A DNA stretch of 64,000 nucleotides from Mustelus asterias (Eukaryota). The stretch is from the NCBI RefSeq assembly GCF_964213995.1, contig NC_135810.1, positions 67,704,001 through 67,768,000 of the forward strand. The letters run 5' to 3'. This document shows positions 25,005 through 39,449 of the stretch, piece after piece; position 1 is the first letter of the stretch; each line of letters opens with the position of its first letter. The notes below the pieces were generated by a model. That model was not told where the DNA came from and ran no database searches. It saw only the letters and a list, made by a program, of their open reading frames with translations. Position numbers and translations under genes: made by a program.

Positions 25005-26303
25005 GGGGGCAATTCTTAAACGAATTCCAAATGTCGAATTTGCCTAAAAATTGGAGTAAATCATGCTGGTTTTTTCAGCGGGAGTTTCAAAATTAATTTC
25101 CCACACTCTGTGCACTGCTGTGTGCACTAGCGTCAATCACTCCAGAAAACAGTGGGCGGGGTTTATTCCCACTGAAGAGGCCAGCAGCATAGCGCTGAGT
25201 GGGCCACAGCGCATACAAAAGCAGAGAGGTCATGATGGAGTTGTATAGAACTTTGGTGAGGCCACAGCAGGAGTACTATGTGTAGTTCTAGTCAATGCAC
25301 TGGAGGATTGCAGAGACGATTCACCAGGATGTTGCCTGGGATGGAACATTTAAATTATAAAGAGAGGTTGGATAGGCTTGGGTTGTTTTCTCTGGAGCAG
25401 AGAAGACTGAGGGGCGTCCTGATTGAGGTGTTCAAGATTGTGAGGGGTGTGGACTGGTTGGATAGGGAGCAGCTGTTCCCCTCAGTTGAAGAGTCACAAG
25501 TTAAAATGAGGGGTGAGAGGTTTAGGGGGATTTGAGGAAAATCTTGTTTACTCAGAGGGTGGTGACGGTCTGGAATGCACTGCCTGGGAGGGTGGTGGAA
25601 GCGGAATGCCTCACATCATTCAAAAAGTATCTGGATTAGTACTTGGCACGCCATAACTTTCAAGGCTATGGGCCAAATGCTGGCAAGTGGGATCCATTGG
25701 TGCAGACTCGATGGGCTGAAGGGCCTCTTCTGCACTGCAGTATTCTGTGATGCGCTAATCTGTCAGTGCTGAGATTGGCGCATGTGCAGTGGCCCCTGTC
25801 TGCTGACCTCCCTCCCTCTGTCACTCAGCCCAAAGTGCAGAGTGACAACAGGACCCCCCGCCCCGCCTCTTTGTCACTGCCCCAAGATCCCCCCGGGGCT
25901 TTGGCACTTTGCCCCTTGGGCAGGGCCAGAGGCCAGGCTGGAACTGCCAAGGTGGCAATACCCAGGAGGCACCCTTCGATTGCACCCCCCCTTCACTCCA
26001 GCGGGGTCGGGCTGCCAGTTCCCGCAAGTGGGAAGCTGTACTAAACCCCGCTAGAGTGAAATACTCCTGGCGGGGGAGAGGCTAGCGGGCCCGGAAACTA
26101 ATAAGATTACAATTACATTCAAATCAGCACCTGCATATATTATATAGCTCCATGCCAATTTCTAGAGTGGAGCTGATGGGACTGGAAATCCGGCGCTGGG
26201 AGATGCACAGAGGCCGTGGCATCCAGTGGAGAACTTGCGAAAGGGCCTCCGCTAGAATTTCCCGGCTACAAAAGCAGCACAGCGGGATGGGAGAATTGCC
26301 CCC
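25005..26303. mobile_element. Non-autonomous TIR element (Harbinger-like) containing a CR1 3' fragment at ~25215-25750 (+)
   Basis: Perfect 12-bp TIR GGGGGCAATTCT / AGAATTGCCCCC; internal QRRFTRMLPG...RLGLFSLE. Confidence 0.7.
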
Positions 26304-26959
26304 ACTATATTTAAAGAAAGAAAGACAACTCTACTTACACACTATACATACTATATTACAGATATATTACAAACATTAAGCCCAAATTCCATGACAGTAA
26401 TCTAATTTGGTAAAATTCCCTCAGTATATACTTTACTAAGTCTCTGAATAGCCATACAATGGGTGTGTACTATGGTTAGTCAATCCATTCCTGATCCTTC
26501 CTCTGGTAGTCCCTAGTGGTTGACTACTCTACTCCAGTTACAGCAGTGAGCCCTCAAAGCAGCACCCCTTTAAGCCAGATTTCTGGCTCCATTCCAGCCT
26601 TTTGAGATCTGGTAAGACATTCTTAAAACAAGTCTCAGCCCTTATCAATTCTCCTCACTGGCACTGCAAGGCCATGCAGATTTCCTAATAGCTACATTTT
26701 TACACATCTTTTGATGGTGTCAATCAAACTCCACCTCCCGATGACCACACCGGTTGACCACACAAATAAGGTCACTCACTGTCCTGACTTGTAATCCAAG
26801 GGTCATTGGGATCAATATGGTAAAGACAATGGGGAAAAATAGAACAGTGTTTCTGTCACCACTAAAAAAATGTTTGTACAAAAATATCCTTTGGACAAAG
26901 TTTGGATCTACAGTTAACAATATTACTGATTTAAAAATTGATCATCAAAGCACAATACC

Positions 26960-27110
26960 ATCTAGGTTTAAATCAATGTCTACAAAGTAAGATTCATCCT
27001 CATCTCGGTTCTAAAGGGTCGTCTCTTTACTCTGAGGCTGTGCCCTCAGATCCTAGTCTCTCTTCCCCACGTCCACTCTTTCCGGGCCTTTCAGTATTCT
27101 ATAAGTTTCT
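26960..27110 (-). mobile_element. Short CR1-like fragment
   Basis: CTCTGAGGCTGTGCCCTCAGATCCTAGTCTC... is reverse-complementary to the CR1 3' region. Confidence 0.5.
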
Positions 27111-28119
27111 GTACAGAGGGTGCATCTGCTCCTGACAGGAGACCCTTATCAAGCCAGGGCCCTCCAGGCCTCGGACAACCAGAGGATGTCTACCAAGGTC
27201 ATCACAGAAACCAAGACAAGGCATTCAGCAGGCCACCTCCACCTCTGCCGCAGATCAGGGCTACACCCAGGCATAATGCTAGGGTTAGGAAAATGAAAAA
27301 AAAATTCAAATCATTTTTGGGTTGCAGACATGAAACCACGGTAAAAATATTGCACTTTTGTTAATATGTTTGACATTTATATGAATGGCTTGTTCAACTG
27401 AAGGTGTTATGATCATTACATATGAGCACATTATTTAGATACTTTATACAATATAATTACATACATATACACAAACCTCTTATTTTGAGGTTTAGCCATC
27501 CTCCCCCGCTCAGTGATAGTTTCCCCCGCTCAGTGATAGTTTCCCTTTGCAGGATTAGAATTCATGTGATGTCAACTTCACCCTCGTGTGATGTCCGAGA
27601 GATGTGTTTAAAATCTTTATGGTAAGTGTTTGCTTTATTGCAACTCTTTTTCCTCATGGTGCATCATTGTGTGAGGGTAGCTCAGCAGCCTTGATGGATT
27701 AGTGGCAGATGTGTCACATCAGTGGTAGTGGCAAAGGACAAGACCTAGATGGGATGATGATATCCCCAAACATGTTCTCATCTAATGTTCCTCATTAATG
27801 TGACAATGACTGCATTAAGTTGCCACAGCGTTCTCACTGTGTTGACTTTCACTTCTCAGAGTAAGTGCTTACAGAGTGCACAACTGACCTTCTTAGAGAT
27901 CATGGCCTGATCAATCATAAGGCTGGAAGATGCAAATCTAAATACTGAATTTTCTCTCAATGTAACTGATTGGACATCCCATGCAATGAAATGCAATGGC
28001 ATTAAGGGACGGGAATAATGTGGCCATCTCCGATTGACTTCACTTTACTCCTCCTGGAATCTGATAGTATTTAAAGTGACATTGGAACATCTCCCACATC
28101 ATGCTTCCTCAATAGCATT

Positions 28120-29050
28120 ATTCGATGATCATCAACATCCTCTTCAGGCTCCTGGCCCCCCCCTGCTCTTTATCCTCCGAGGAACTCTCATCCTTCACCA
28201 TTTGTCCCTCTGACAAGGGATCTCCCTTTTGCAGCACCAATTGATGAAGCAGGAGACCCTTTCTGGAATGTATTGCAGTGCCCCACCTGAATGGTCAAGA
28301 CATTGGAAGCAATCTTCAGAATGATAATGTCCTGCTTGATTAGGGACTGTGTGGAGCTCCGGGCTGCATTGCACCTCTTCCCTGAAGCACCCCAAGTCCG
28401 ATGCACAATCATTAGCATTTCAGTAGATATGCTTTATCCACAAGCAGCCACCCATGAGATCACTCAGATCCTTCCAAAATCTAATGCACCTGGATGCTCT
28501 TAAATCACTCAGGAAGTATGAGTCATGGCACTCCCTGGGTACCTGGCACAAATGTGTATTATATGCTGCCAATGATGGCAGACCAGTTGCCTTTACAGTT
28601 GATAAGCATTAAGGGCTGCTGCCATGGAGCCATTAAAGCCATATAAGTGAAATCTATTGCACCCTGCACTCTTGGAAGCCTGAGATAGCTGCAAACCCAT
28701 TGAATCTCACAGCCTTGCTATCTTCATTGAGTACAACTGATGTGCTTGCTGTAAAGGACATCTGTGACCTCCTTCATCTGTCTATATGTGGTGGACTGCA
28801 AAATGCTGCGGTGACCTTCAAGGCCACTGGCAGGGTATGGCCTCCAACTCCATGGGGAGTTCTGTCCTCCCAAAGAATGTGGTAGATGTGATCCACCAGA
28901 GCTTGGGACAAGCGCATTGTGTTGCACTGTCTCTCACTGACTGAATTTGAATCTTGTGGCACCAACAAGTTAGAGGCCACACCAGAAAGGGCCCCATAGT
29001 CCAGCAGTGCACCCCTCCCACACTGCTTCAGATCCTCTCCCATGCATTTT
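28120..29050 (-). pseudogene. PIF/Harbinger transposase remnant (HARBI1-like DDE)
   Basis: Minus-strand fragments HTLPVALKVTAA, HICARYPG..HDS and FQCLDHSGGALQYIPERVS, followed by an acidic tail. Confidence 0.8.
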
Positions 29051-30673
29051 CATGTTTACTTCTGTAACTACCATTATTATGAGTGAAAGATGGTGGTTCT
29101 CCATTATTACTTCGAGACTTCATGATCGACTTCATCATTCCCCGTCTCACTGTCTGCATCTCAGGTATTTACCTGGAACCTCATATGAAGGTAGAGTTCC
29201 CTCTTATTCTCCAGCCTCCCACAGTAATACTAGATCCCATTGTTGTTGTGGTCAACATTCCCACCCTTCGTCCTGAGCCTATCATTGTTGATGTGCCCAT
29301 GCCGCATGTGGGCCTCTACTCTCCGCATCTAGAGGCTGTGTGCACAGTCACCCACAGAGGAGAACCCCCCCCCAAAAAAATTCACATACTTTTTTTATAT
29401 TTTCCCCAAATATAGACTGCAGATACCTCCCAGAACCACTGCCATCCCACTTGCAGACCAATAGAGAGCCAGACAAGCCAATGGACACAGACGGTGAAAA
29501 CGTCCTGAACACCAAGCTGTGCATTATCCCATATGATCACACAGCCCTTGACTCATCCTGCAGCGGGAGTACAACGTGTGTGCCACGCATAGCCCTGCAG
29601 CATGGTCCACTAGACCCCAGGACTGTCTCTTCCCTATCACTCACGGCTGTGAGGTCCACAGAGCTCAAGGACAATCTGTACTCTTTGACTCCAGACTGTG
29701 AGCCCAAGGAGTGTCACTATTCCCTGACTCCAGGCTTTGAGTCCATGACGTGTCTCTACCCAAGACCAATGACTTTGACTTCCAATTATCTTTCCTTTGT
29801 CCTCATGACTGAACACTACTCTGTCTCCTTTTCCACCCACCCACTTTCATGAGTTTCAGTGCGACCCACCCCTCTTGTGCTACACTAAAACACACCAATC
29901 CCTCTTTCATTTTCTGGAGTTTGTTTGCATCCCTTCCATTCATAATTGTCATCTCTTATCCATCCATTTGTTTGTCAGTGTCTCAGTTTCCCTCCAGCTT
30001 CCCACCATTTGATCTCCCCTCTGTCTGCCGTCGTTCCCCTCTTCTCCTCCACCCCCTTGCAAAGCATTCCTGTTCCTCTGCCTTCCATTGTTCCTCGTCA
30101 CCCTCCTAACCACTTTCAATGCCTTTGTATCCCCTATATGGCTGAGGTATACATGCTCCCCAACAACATCACTGATCAATGAGGCCAATAATTGCATGAC
30201 ATTTCCTTTCTAGGTATGCCTGCCATCCTATCTAGTCCTAAACAACCTTGCTAGACACAGATTTTCTTTGCTGCAAGAGCCATTTGTGTACCGCCTTCCA
30301 GCCCCACCAAATGCATTTCCCCCACCCTCACATATACATTAATTCTAAATGCCAAGTGTCTTCCTTACTCCCCTTCGTCATTGATGCTCTGTTGACACTT
30401 CAGCAGGTCCTGTGCATGACCCTGTAGATGCTGACTCACTCCACCACCTTGGTCCAGTTTTTCTTGGTTAGATGCAGAGATTCCTATCACCTGGCAGCAG
30501 TATCTCCTGTCTTTCACTCAATCCCTGCAGGAGGGCACATTAACAGTCATTAGAGAAGTGAGGAACTGTGCGCATGCACTTGTTTGCATTCCCATAAGCT
30601 TGCCTTAGTCCTAGCTGGCTGCCCTGCCTCAGCTCCGTCACCAAGTTGGTCCTGCCTGTGTTTTTGTGACCCT

Positions 30674-31848
30674 CAAAGAACAAAGAACAACAAAGAACAA
30701 TACAGCACAGGAACAGGCCCTTCGGCCCTCCAAGCCCGCGCCGCTCCCCGGTCCAGGATTGAATCCTGAATCCAGGATCCCCGCCCAATTTTCCAGCCTA
30801 TCTACATACTAATATCCTATCCACCGAGCTGTCCCTCACAGCTACGATGCTTTGTTCATCACAACTCACCCCCACCCCCCCATTCCAGACCATGTGATCT
30901 CCAGGGAGAGGCGAAAACCCAGAGTGAAAACCCCAGGGCCAATATGGGGAAAGAAAATCTGGGAAATTCCTCTCCGACCCCCTGAGGCGATCGAAACGAG
31001 TCCAGGAGATCACACTGGCCCTGATCGGAAAATGCTTCCCAACCCTAGTCATTTCCACTTCCACGAACACCATCTGAATTCCCTGCCCCCGAGACAGGTT
31101 CCCAACTATCCGCAGTCTCGCTCTGTACTGGCACCAGCAAGATGATCATAGAATGAAGCCTTGAAACGAGAAACAAGGAACAATTAGCCCGCGCCGCTCC
31201 CTGGTCCAAACTAGACCACTCTTTTGTATCCCTCCATTCCCACTCCGTTCATATAGCTGTCTAGATAAGTCTTAAACGTTCCCAGTGTGTCCGCCTCCAC
31301 CACCTTGCCCGGCAACACATTCCAGGCCCCCACGACCCTCTGTGTAAAATATGTCCTTCTGATATCTGTGTTAAACCTCCCCCCCCTTCACCTTGAACCT
31401 ATGACCCCTCGTGAACGTCACCACCGACCCGGGGAAAAGCTTCCCACCGTTCACCCTATCTATGCCTTTCATAATTTTATACACCTCAATTAAGTCTCCC
31501 CTCATCCTCCGTCTTTCCAAGGAGAACAACCCCAGTTTCCCCAATCTCTCCTCATAACCAAGCCCCTCTATACCAGGCAACATCCTGGTAAACCTCCTCT
31601 GTACTCTCTCCAAAGCCTCCACGTCCTTCTGGTAGTGTGGCGACCAGAACTGGACGCAGTATTCCAAATGCGGCCGAACCAACGTTCTATACATCTGCAA
31701 CATCAGACCCCAACTCTTATACTCTATGCCCCGTCCTATAAAGGCAAGCATGCCATATGCCTTCTTCACCACCTTCTCCACCTGTGACGTCACCTTCAAA
31801 GATCTGTGGACTTGCACACCCAGGTCCCTCTGCGTCTCTACACCCTTT
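30674..31848 (-). mobile_element. CR1 LINE 3' fragment with an extra 430-bp module in its 3' UTR
   Basis: ORF 31371-31931 LVRPHLEYCVQFWSP...LGLFSLERRRMRGDL; (TTCTTTG)n tail; 23-bp direct repeats at 30733-30755 and 31186-31208. Confidence 0.9.
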
Positions 31849-34800
31849 ATGGTTCTCATTGAAGAAGGTCCTGCAATTACACTCAAATACAGAATTGTTG
31901 CTTTCTCCTCCCCAGGATGATTGTACACCACTGGCAGCCCTGATAATTCCCACTGCTGGCAGCAACCTCAATGAAACCTGCCCTGCTTCCACCTCCCTGA
32001 CAGCTCTGGGCCTCTCAGTGAACACTTTTCTGGCTGACCAGCCATTAATTGGCTAGCCAGTGCATAGTTGCTGTTGCGAGCCAGTGTTGGGTGGGCGTGA
32101 ACAATACAGCCATTTCCAGTTGCATCCATCCAATCCCAATGCTGAACATATAATCAAGCCTTGACATTTAGAAATGGAGTAAGATTTTTAAGATCAATTA
32201 TCAAAGTTATTTCAAAAAGTTTATAAAATTTATTCTGGTATAATATTACCTGCACTCATGTTATTTTAATCTGGTGCATGCAGTTTGCTTCCTGATCAGA
32301 CACTAACCTATTCTTTTCCATCTCATCACTAGGCCTCCTGAACCCATTTGCAGCATTGTCAACAAAATCTGTGACACCCTTCACAAAACACTATTTCTCT
32401 CGAGTATGATAAAAGCCAGCACCATTCCATTAATTATCCCCACTGCCATGCGTACTTGTTTTCTGACAATGAGCTCAGCAGGTACTTGACCCATGAAATA
32501 TGAGCGATTAACCACGATATGGGCAACATTTACTTTATTTATCAAATTTACTTTAGTTATTCCATGCTGTCAAATTGAGGGCTGCAGTTACCGAAGTTGA
32601 GCTAAATTCTACATGTCATGATATTTTAAATTGAAATGTTCCTAGATCTGTAAATAGAGATAGCACTAACAGCCTTTGGGGAGAGATAACTGAATCTACC
32701 AATTGATTAGGACTCGTTGACACAAGCAGCTAATTGGGAAGCAAATAAGATCTCAGTAATAGTAATTTTTATGTATGAATAGATTTTATTCAAATGCGCT
32801 TATAAAACACTGTACTCATAGATAAATACTGTAAGACAGAACATCCAGATCCTTTGAAGATTCTAGTCCTACTTATGTTAGTTCTCCTGGCTAAAAATGG
32901 GTCAATTCCATTTTTGGGCATTGTGTGTCACGATTCACAAACTACTCATGCCTGTGGTGAGGAGGTAGGTAGCATAAAAATTGAGCACTGCCTCTCATTT
33001 ATCTGATTTTAGCATTGGTCTGAACAGGACCAACATTGATGGCTGCTTGAGAGCTCAGCAGAGAATCAAGCAGCATTTGTGGAGAGCACATGGTCCAGAA
33101 AGAATGCTCCTCTTAAAAGCAGTCTGCCCCTTTTAATAGGGAAGCGAGACTCAGTAGAAAGCAGCATCCTCAGACTCTTTGTGGAAGCCTTGGAGAGAAC
33201 TGGAACACAGAAAATGAAGTACCGCAGTCATGAATGCACCAATGGTGGTCTTAATGATGGAGATGAACAGGAGGGTGAGGTATAAACAAAGTGTTGAAAA
33301 TGTTGAGCAGGACTGGCAGCATCTGTGGAGAGAGAAATTGGAAATAACGGTTCAAGTTGAATATGACTCTTCAGAACAGGTGATACTTATATGAGGGACC
33401 AAGAGGCCCTCAAGGACGCCCCTCCCAAGAAAATGAAAGTAGGCGGTCAGAGAGATCAATTCCAAGAATCTGAATCTGAGGACATGGTAGCAATGCTTCA
33501 AGAGTTCTAATGACTCCATGTGATGGTCAAAGTCAGTAAATAAATTATTACATTGCATTTCCTACCCATCATACCACCAACCACTCATGCTGCCCAATGA
33601 TGCACAATCCTATCATTCACCTGGCAGAAATCTCTGATGCTGTACACCCAGATGCTCCACCTGACCCTCACAAACATTTCAATGATGCCAGACTCTCAAC
33701 CAACCCCCGATGCTTCCAAGTATCTCCAACTGTTCAGTTGTATCAGGCGTATCACCCAAATATTGTGCACCCCATTCACTAACATTCTGCCTCTCTTGCA
33801 GAACAAGGTCACCCATGATTCTTGGGCGAGGAGCAGAACAAGTAGGGCAGAAGCATGCCTGTTTCTTCTGAGCACAATGAAGATGATTCTTGACATCATG
33901 ATGCGAGCTTTGACAGAGCCCATGCCATCCAAGGTCAATGAGAAGATTAAGGGTGACAGTACCTTACTGCGTTATGCCACTTCTCAACTCCCAGCTCATC
34001 CTGCTATCTGGCAGGATAAGCAAGAAGCAAATGGTGTGCCTATGCACTTCTTGCTTTCTAAACCACCTCCATCCCTCATCCCTCATCCCAAATTTCCTTT
34101 TTCTGAACTCTTGCTTTCAAAGACCATCCCACCCTGCCACAGCAACCCAAGGAGGAAGAGGGAGAGCAACAGCACAGCACTGATGAAGGAGCCCCTTCAT
34201 CAGATCAGATCAATTGATCTGACACTCGCAATCACAAAGCATAAATAAACTGCAGCCAAGCCAGAGGGAATTAAAAGTTTTGTCCTCGGGATTGATGTTA
34301 TGTAGGCATGCAAACAGCCATTCTGCATCTTAAACATTCCTTAAAAAGCCATGAGAAATTACGACCAGTTAATCTGTTTTTGAGGTGATGATTATTAAGG
34401 GAGGACAGTTTGAGCAGAACTCTTTCAAATAATTTCATGGGAAACATGAACTATTGCATAACAAACTGTTGGAATATAATTTAATGTTTTATCTGAAGGG
34501 TAGCATCTCCAACAACACTTCTGCCAGCTTACTAAAAACCTTACTGTTATTTCATAGAGAAATTGGGAAAGATACTTTTACTATTCTTCATTTATAGCAA
34601 AAATGATCATGTATTCTTTATACACACATTTTACAAACAGCAGAAACCATCTCTCCTATATCCATGTTCTTTACTTTCATAGAATGAAGTGGTTGTTACT
34701 TAACAATCCCATTTATAAAATATTAACTGCACTCTACAATTTGATTTGTTTTACTTAACAAGGACTTTTATCAACTATTTATTGCATTTTTAAGAGAGTA

Positions 34801-35374
34801 GATCCATATACATATTTTATGATGCCTCTGTATTTTTTATTGCTTGACAGTAGAGGGAGGTTTACAAGGATGCACCAGGGTTCAAATGCTTTTCGTGGAA
34901 GCAATACAGGTCCAGATATTGAAGTTATTTATTTGTTCTCAGTTCTGAAATTTGTTGGGTTTGGAAATATTCTGTAAAACATCATGAGAAATTATAGTAG
35001 TTAACCTGGTTTTACATGATATATTGTAGCTTTGGTTGTGATTGTATCTGTAAATGGTTTCCATATCAGGATATGAGGGACATTTTGTTGAGTGAGTCTC
35101 CAGGAAGGCATCACGGATTATCTGTTATTCTCCTTTTCTGTACAGACAATGAACATTATTTTTTCTGACTTCAATTGCTCCCACATTTTGGAGTGAAGAT
35201 TGCAATTGGCCATAGTGGGGTATGGGGGGAGGGGACTGGAGCAGCTAATGGTGATGTTAGTGCATCCCATTATTAAGGTAATATTCTGTGGATTTTAAAA
35301 TGCATTTCTGAATTTAGAACATAACTTGTTTTTTCAAGAGAATTGCTTCACTTATTCTATTTTTAATATTTTCC

Positions 35375-35585
35375 GGTAAGTGAACATTGCTGGCTAGGCC
35401 AGAAATTGTTGCTGATCTCTAATTGCCCCTGAGAAGATGCTGGTGAACCACCCTCTTAAGCTGCTGCAATCCATCTAGTGTAAGTACACCCACAGTGATG
35501 TAAAAGAGTGTTCCAGGATTTTGACCTAATAGTAGTGAAAAGATAGCAATATAGTTCCAAGCCAGTCTGGTATGTTGCTTGGCTC
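35375..35585 (-). mobile_element. Old SINE/LINE-tail fragment related to 63480-63560
   Basis: Shared motif GCT...GGCCAG.ATT.TTGC..ATC.CTAATTGCCC.TGA. Confidence 0.45.
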
Positions 35586-35865
35586 TATCTTATACAGCAC
35601 AAATAGGAGCAAGAAGTTTGTGCACTATTTGTTGCAACCTATTAAGTTTCAGTTCATTTGAAATTCATGATTTGACATTGATCAAGAATATTTTAAGTAG
35701 CAAGATGTTATTCGCTGCCTGACATTCCCCAGCCTGTCATGCTAAAAAGTAATTTACTATTAAAGAATGGTACAGTAGGCTTGTGTAGATTAAGAACATT
35801 ATTGCAGTAGTGTCTTTGCTCTGCCTTATGCTTTCTATGATCAGATTAAGATGAACAATTTGCCA

Positions 35866-36880
35866 TGAGTTTTCGGACTGGAGGCAGGTTGCTAGCGGAG
35901 TGCCACAGGGATCAGTGCTTGGTCCTCTGCTCTTTGTGATTTTTATTAATGACTTAGAGGAGGGGGCTGAAGGGTGGATCAGTAAATTTGCTGATGACAC
36001 CAAGATTGGTGGAGTAGTGGATGAGGTGGAGGGCTGTTGTAGGCTGCAAAGAGACATAGATAGGATGCAAAGCTGGGCTGAAAAATGGCAAATGGAGTTT
36101 AACCCTGATAAATGTGAGGTGATTCATTTTGGTAGGACTAATTTAAATGTGGATTACAGGGTCAAAGGTAGGGTTCTGAAGACTGTGGAGGATCTTGGGG
36201 TCCATATCCACAGATCTCTAAAGGTTGCCACTCAAGTGGATAGAGCTGTGAAGAAGGCCTATAGGGTGTTAGCTTTTATTAACAGGGGGTTGGAGTTTAA
36301 GAGCCGTGGGGTTATGCTGCAACTGTACAGGACCTTGGTGAGACCACATTTGGAATATTGTGTGCAGTTCTGGTCACCTCACTATAAGAAGGATGTGGAA
36401 GCGCTGGAAAGAGTGCAGAGGAGATTTACCAGGATGCTGCCTGGTTTGGAGGGTAGGTCTTATGAGGAAAGGTTGAGGGAGCTAGGGCTGTTCTCTCTGG
36501 AGCGGAGGAGGCTGAGGGGAGACTTAATAGAGGTTTATAAAATGATGAAGGGGATAGATAGAGTGAACGTTCAAAGACTATTTCCTCGGGTGGATGGAGC
36601 TATTACAAGGGGGCATAACTATAGGGTTCATGGTGGGAGATATAGTGAGGATATCAGAGGTAGGTTCTTTACGCAGAGAGTGGTTGGGGTGTGGAATGGA
36701 CTGCCTGCAGTGATAGTGGAGTCAGACACTTTAGGAACATTTAAGCGGTTATTGGATAGGCACATGGAGCACACCAGGATGATAGGGAGTGGGATAGCTT
36801 GATCTTGGTTTCAGATAAAGCTCGGCACAATATTGTGGGCCGAAGGGCCTGTTCTGTGCTGTACTGTTCTATGTTCTATG
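35866..36880 (+). mobile_element. Young CR1 LINE, 5'-truncated, with an open RT C-terminal frame (35900-36802)
   Basis: GVPQGSVLGPLLF, KFADDTK, LVRPHLEYC; tail GTTCTATGTTCTATG. Confidence 0.93.
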
Positions 36881-39449
36881 AATGTGGGACTTGTTCTAAT
36901 ATGCTATTACTTTATATGTAATGCATTGGAAACAGGGCACAAAGTTCAATCGCCTAGTGTCGCTTCTATGTGGTTTCCCCAGGGGCAGTTGTACCACAGA
37001 TCATTCAGTGTTCTCCACTAATATGGGAGCATGTAGTTCCATCCACTGTCTGTGCTCAATGGCATTGAATTGGTGCTATCCTGCGTCACAGCCCAACTGT
37101 CTACAGTATATCATGTAAAATTAGGTTAACTATTGTAATTTCTCATGACTTTTTACGGAATATTTCCAATTTTGGGCACATAGATCCTAGCAGTGCCTGC
37201 ATTTATCAAGTTAATTTTTTGGAATGTTTGTTATTAAAATTGTCCAAAAACACTCGAGTGCATTTGCAGGTATTTTGCTGAGTTCCTGCATCTGCCACAC
37301 TCGATGGCAAAGAATTAGATGATCTAGCCATACAGGCTGAAACGGATATAGAGACAATAGTATCAGTGCTTCTGGGTCTGTAGCACAACAGAGAGATGGA
37401 GCAGAAGTTATGGGAGAGGGCAAGCTCCACACCATGCTCTTGGCCAACTTGGAGCTGAATTCCCCCATGCTCCTTGACTGGCCAGCCAATATACCCAGTA
37501 TCTCAGTGCGCAAGCCTATACAGTGCTTTCCTGCCACCCCGTTGAGGTTCTCCTCTGAGTCCTCTCCAGCGGCACTTGTCTGCCCACTCGCCTCTAGTGA
37601 GCTGGCACAGAAGTCATCATTTCACACTGAACTGGTTACAGCCCACTCTTACCCGGTGACTCACTGATCCCACTTTATATTCACTTCCAAGGTAAGTGCA
37701 GTACCAGTGTCTGAGCTGGTGGCTATGAGAGTCAGATCAAGTACAGAGTCTCTTAATTTGTGCCATGCTGTTGAACTCTTTTCACTTCTCGGGTTTTCTC
37801 TGGTTGGGAAGGCAACAGTTCTTCAGTGTCTGAAAGCAGTAATTCAGAAGGGGAAGAGGGTGGTGAGAGGGAGAGGAAACTATAGTCCATGATCACACCA
37901 TTAGCAGCTGACTATCCTGCCCGATACCAGGATGTAGATGTTCTGGCAGTTGAGAAGGGATATAAAACTAGATGATGTAGCCTGTCCTCAGTGACTGCTG
38001 ATGCTGCTGTGTGACACTGAGTGGAGGGATGTTATAGTGTGAGTTCTGGGTGCCAGGCTATTGGATAAATGATGGAATCTGGCGCATTAAACAGCAGAAA
38101 TATTTCACGTTGTTGCGGGTAGGAGATATTATATTAAGATGCATTCACTAACATTGACCACACGACTGAAGTTATTCGACATCTTATGGCACTGCTGCTA
38201 GGTCCACTAATCAGATTGACCTTCCTGGCCATTTGCTCCCAGTCCTTCTGAGTGTGATCATTAACGGCCTCTGCAAGGGTGAGTTAGCCACCCTATGGAC
38301 GGGAGCATACATGGAAGGTCATGGGAAAGCTCCATGCATTTGACAGAGATTGTAATGAGCTGGCCTCTGGCAGTCGCAGGAATGTTTGAGGTGATCCAGA
38401 TACTGAGCCCCAGTTGAATAATGGGCCTCTAGAGTGGTTTGTAAGGCAGCAGATGCTGGATGTCCAACCCAAGGTTGATGGAGATTTGACGGCGATACCA
38501 GAAGGGTTGTGTTTTCTCGTATGGATTTTGGAAGTGCCCGTCCAGGCCATGTATACTGTGATAGCCCACTCTTCAGAGTGCTATCTTCCTTCCTGAACAG
38601 ACTGGCGACTGCCTTGGAGGGGCAGACCTAGTAGATGGCAGAAGCCATTGTCGGTGTGCACACTGACTTGCACTCCATCTCCCTGGCTCTGTGCTCAGGG
38701 ACCCAGAACCAGGATGACAGGGGACTCAGACCCCTCCTGGTCTATCTCAGGAAGGTGGGGAGGCCTAATTGATTCAGGTGGTGGAAGTTGAGCAGCAGCT
38801 GCTGTTATCTGGAAACACCTTTCAGGATACTTCTGATGGGACAATCTTTTCCCTGCTCCTCTGCCATTGACACAGTCACCCTCAGTTATAATGACGATAA
38901 AAGGGCCTCCTGGCACTGTGCAACAGACTTCTAATATGAAGGGTCCTATAAGACCTCACCACAGAATACCTCCCAAAGTCACCCAGGGCAAGGGGGCAGA
39001 GATCAGTAGCTTCTTTCCACTGCTAAATGTGAAGGGGGAGCATCATGCCATAGCACATGGGAGAATTTGAGAAAGAGTCTAGAGTAGGCACATATCGGTT
39101 CACATCATGCATTTAGGTTTTTGTTTCCTTGACAAGAACGCAATGGCCATATGTAAATAAAAAAATGTTTCATTGCCGTCATGCACAAGTACAGTGGATT
39201 TTTTCTACTTTGAGAAAATGATGGGTGACATAGTCCATGCGGAGTATTCTGTGCAGATGTATCAAGTTGCAACAAATGTTAATGGATGGCTATGGTGATT
39301 GTGCTGAAATTACTTTTGGAATGTGTTTTCTGTGGAGGTGAGATGAAAGGAATATACCAGAGTATAGGCAGCCCAGAGGTCTCAAACACACTGGAACCTC
39401 ACATATGTCACACCCATCCATGTGCTCCCATACAAACCTTTGCACTTCT

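Noticed and set aside
28120-29050. Domesticated HARBI1 gene
   Set aside because: Multiple frameshifts and stops, and a second decayed copy nearby; a transposon fossil
33637-34248. 203-aa ORF as a host gene
   Set aside because: No recognisable domain; lies in sequence resembling decayed Harbinger accessory regions
35146-35277. Candidate exon (CCTTTTCTGTACAG acceptor, AAG/GTAATA donor)
   Set aside because: Stops in all three frames; no support as a coding exon
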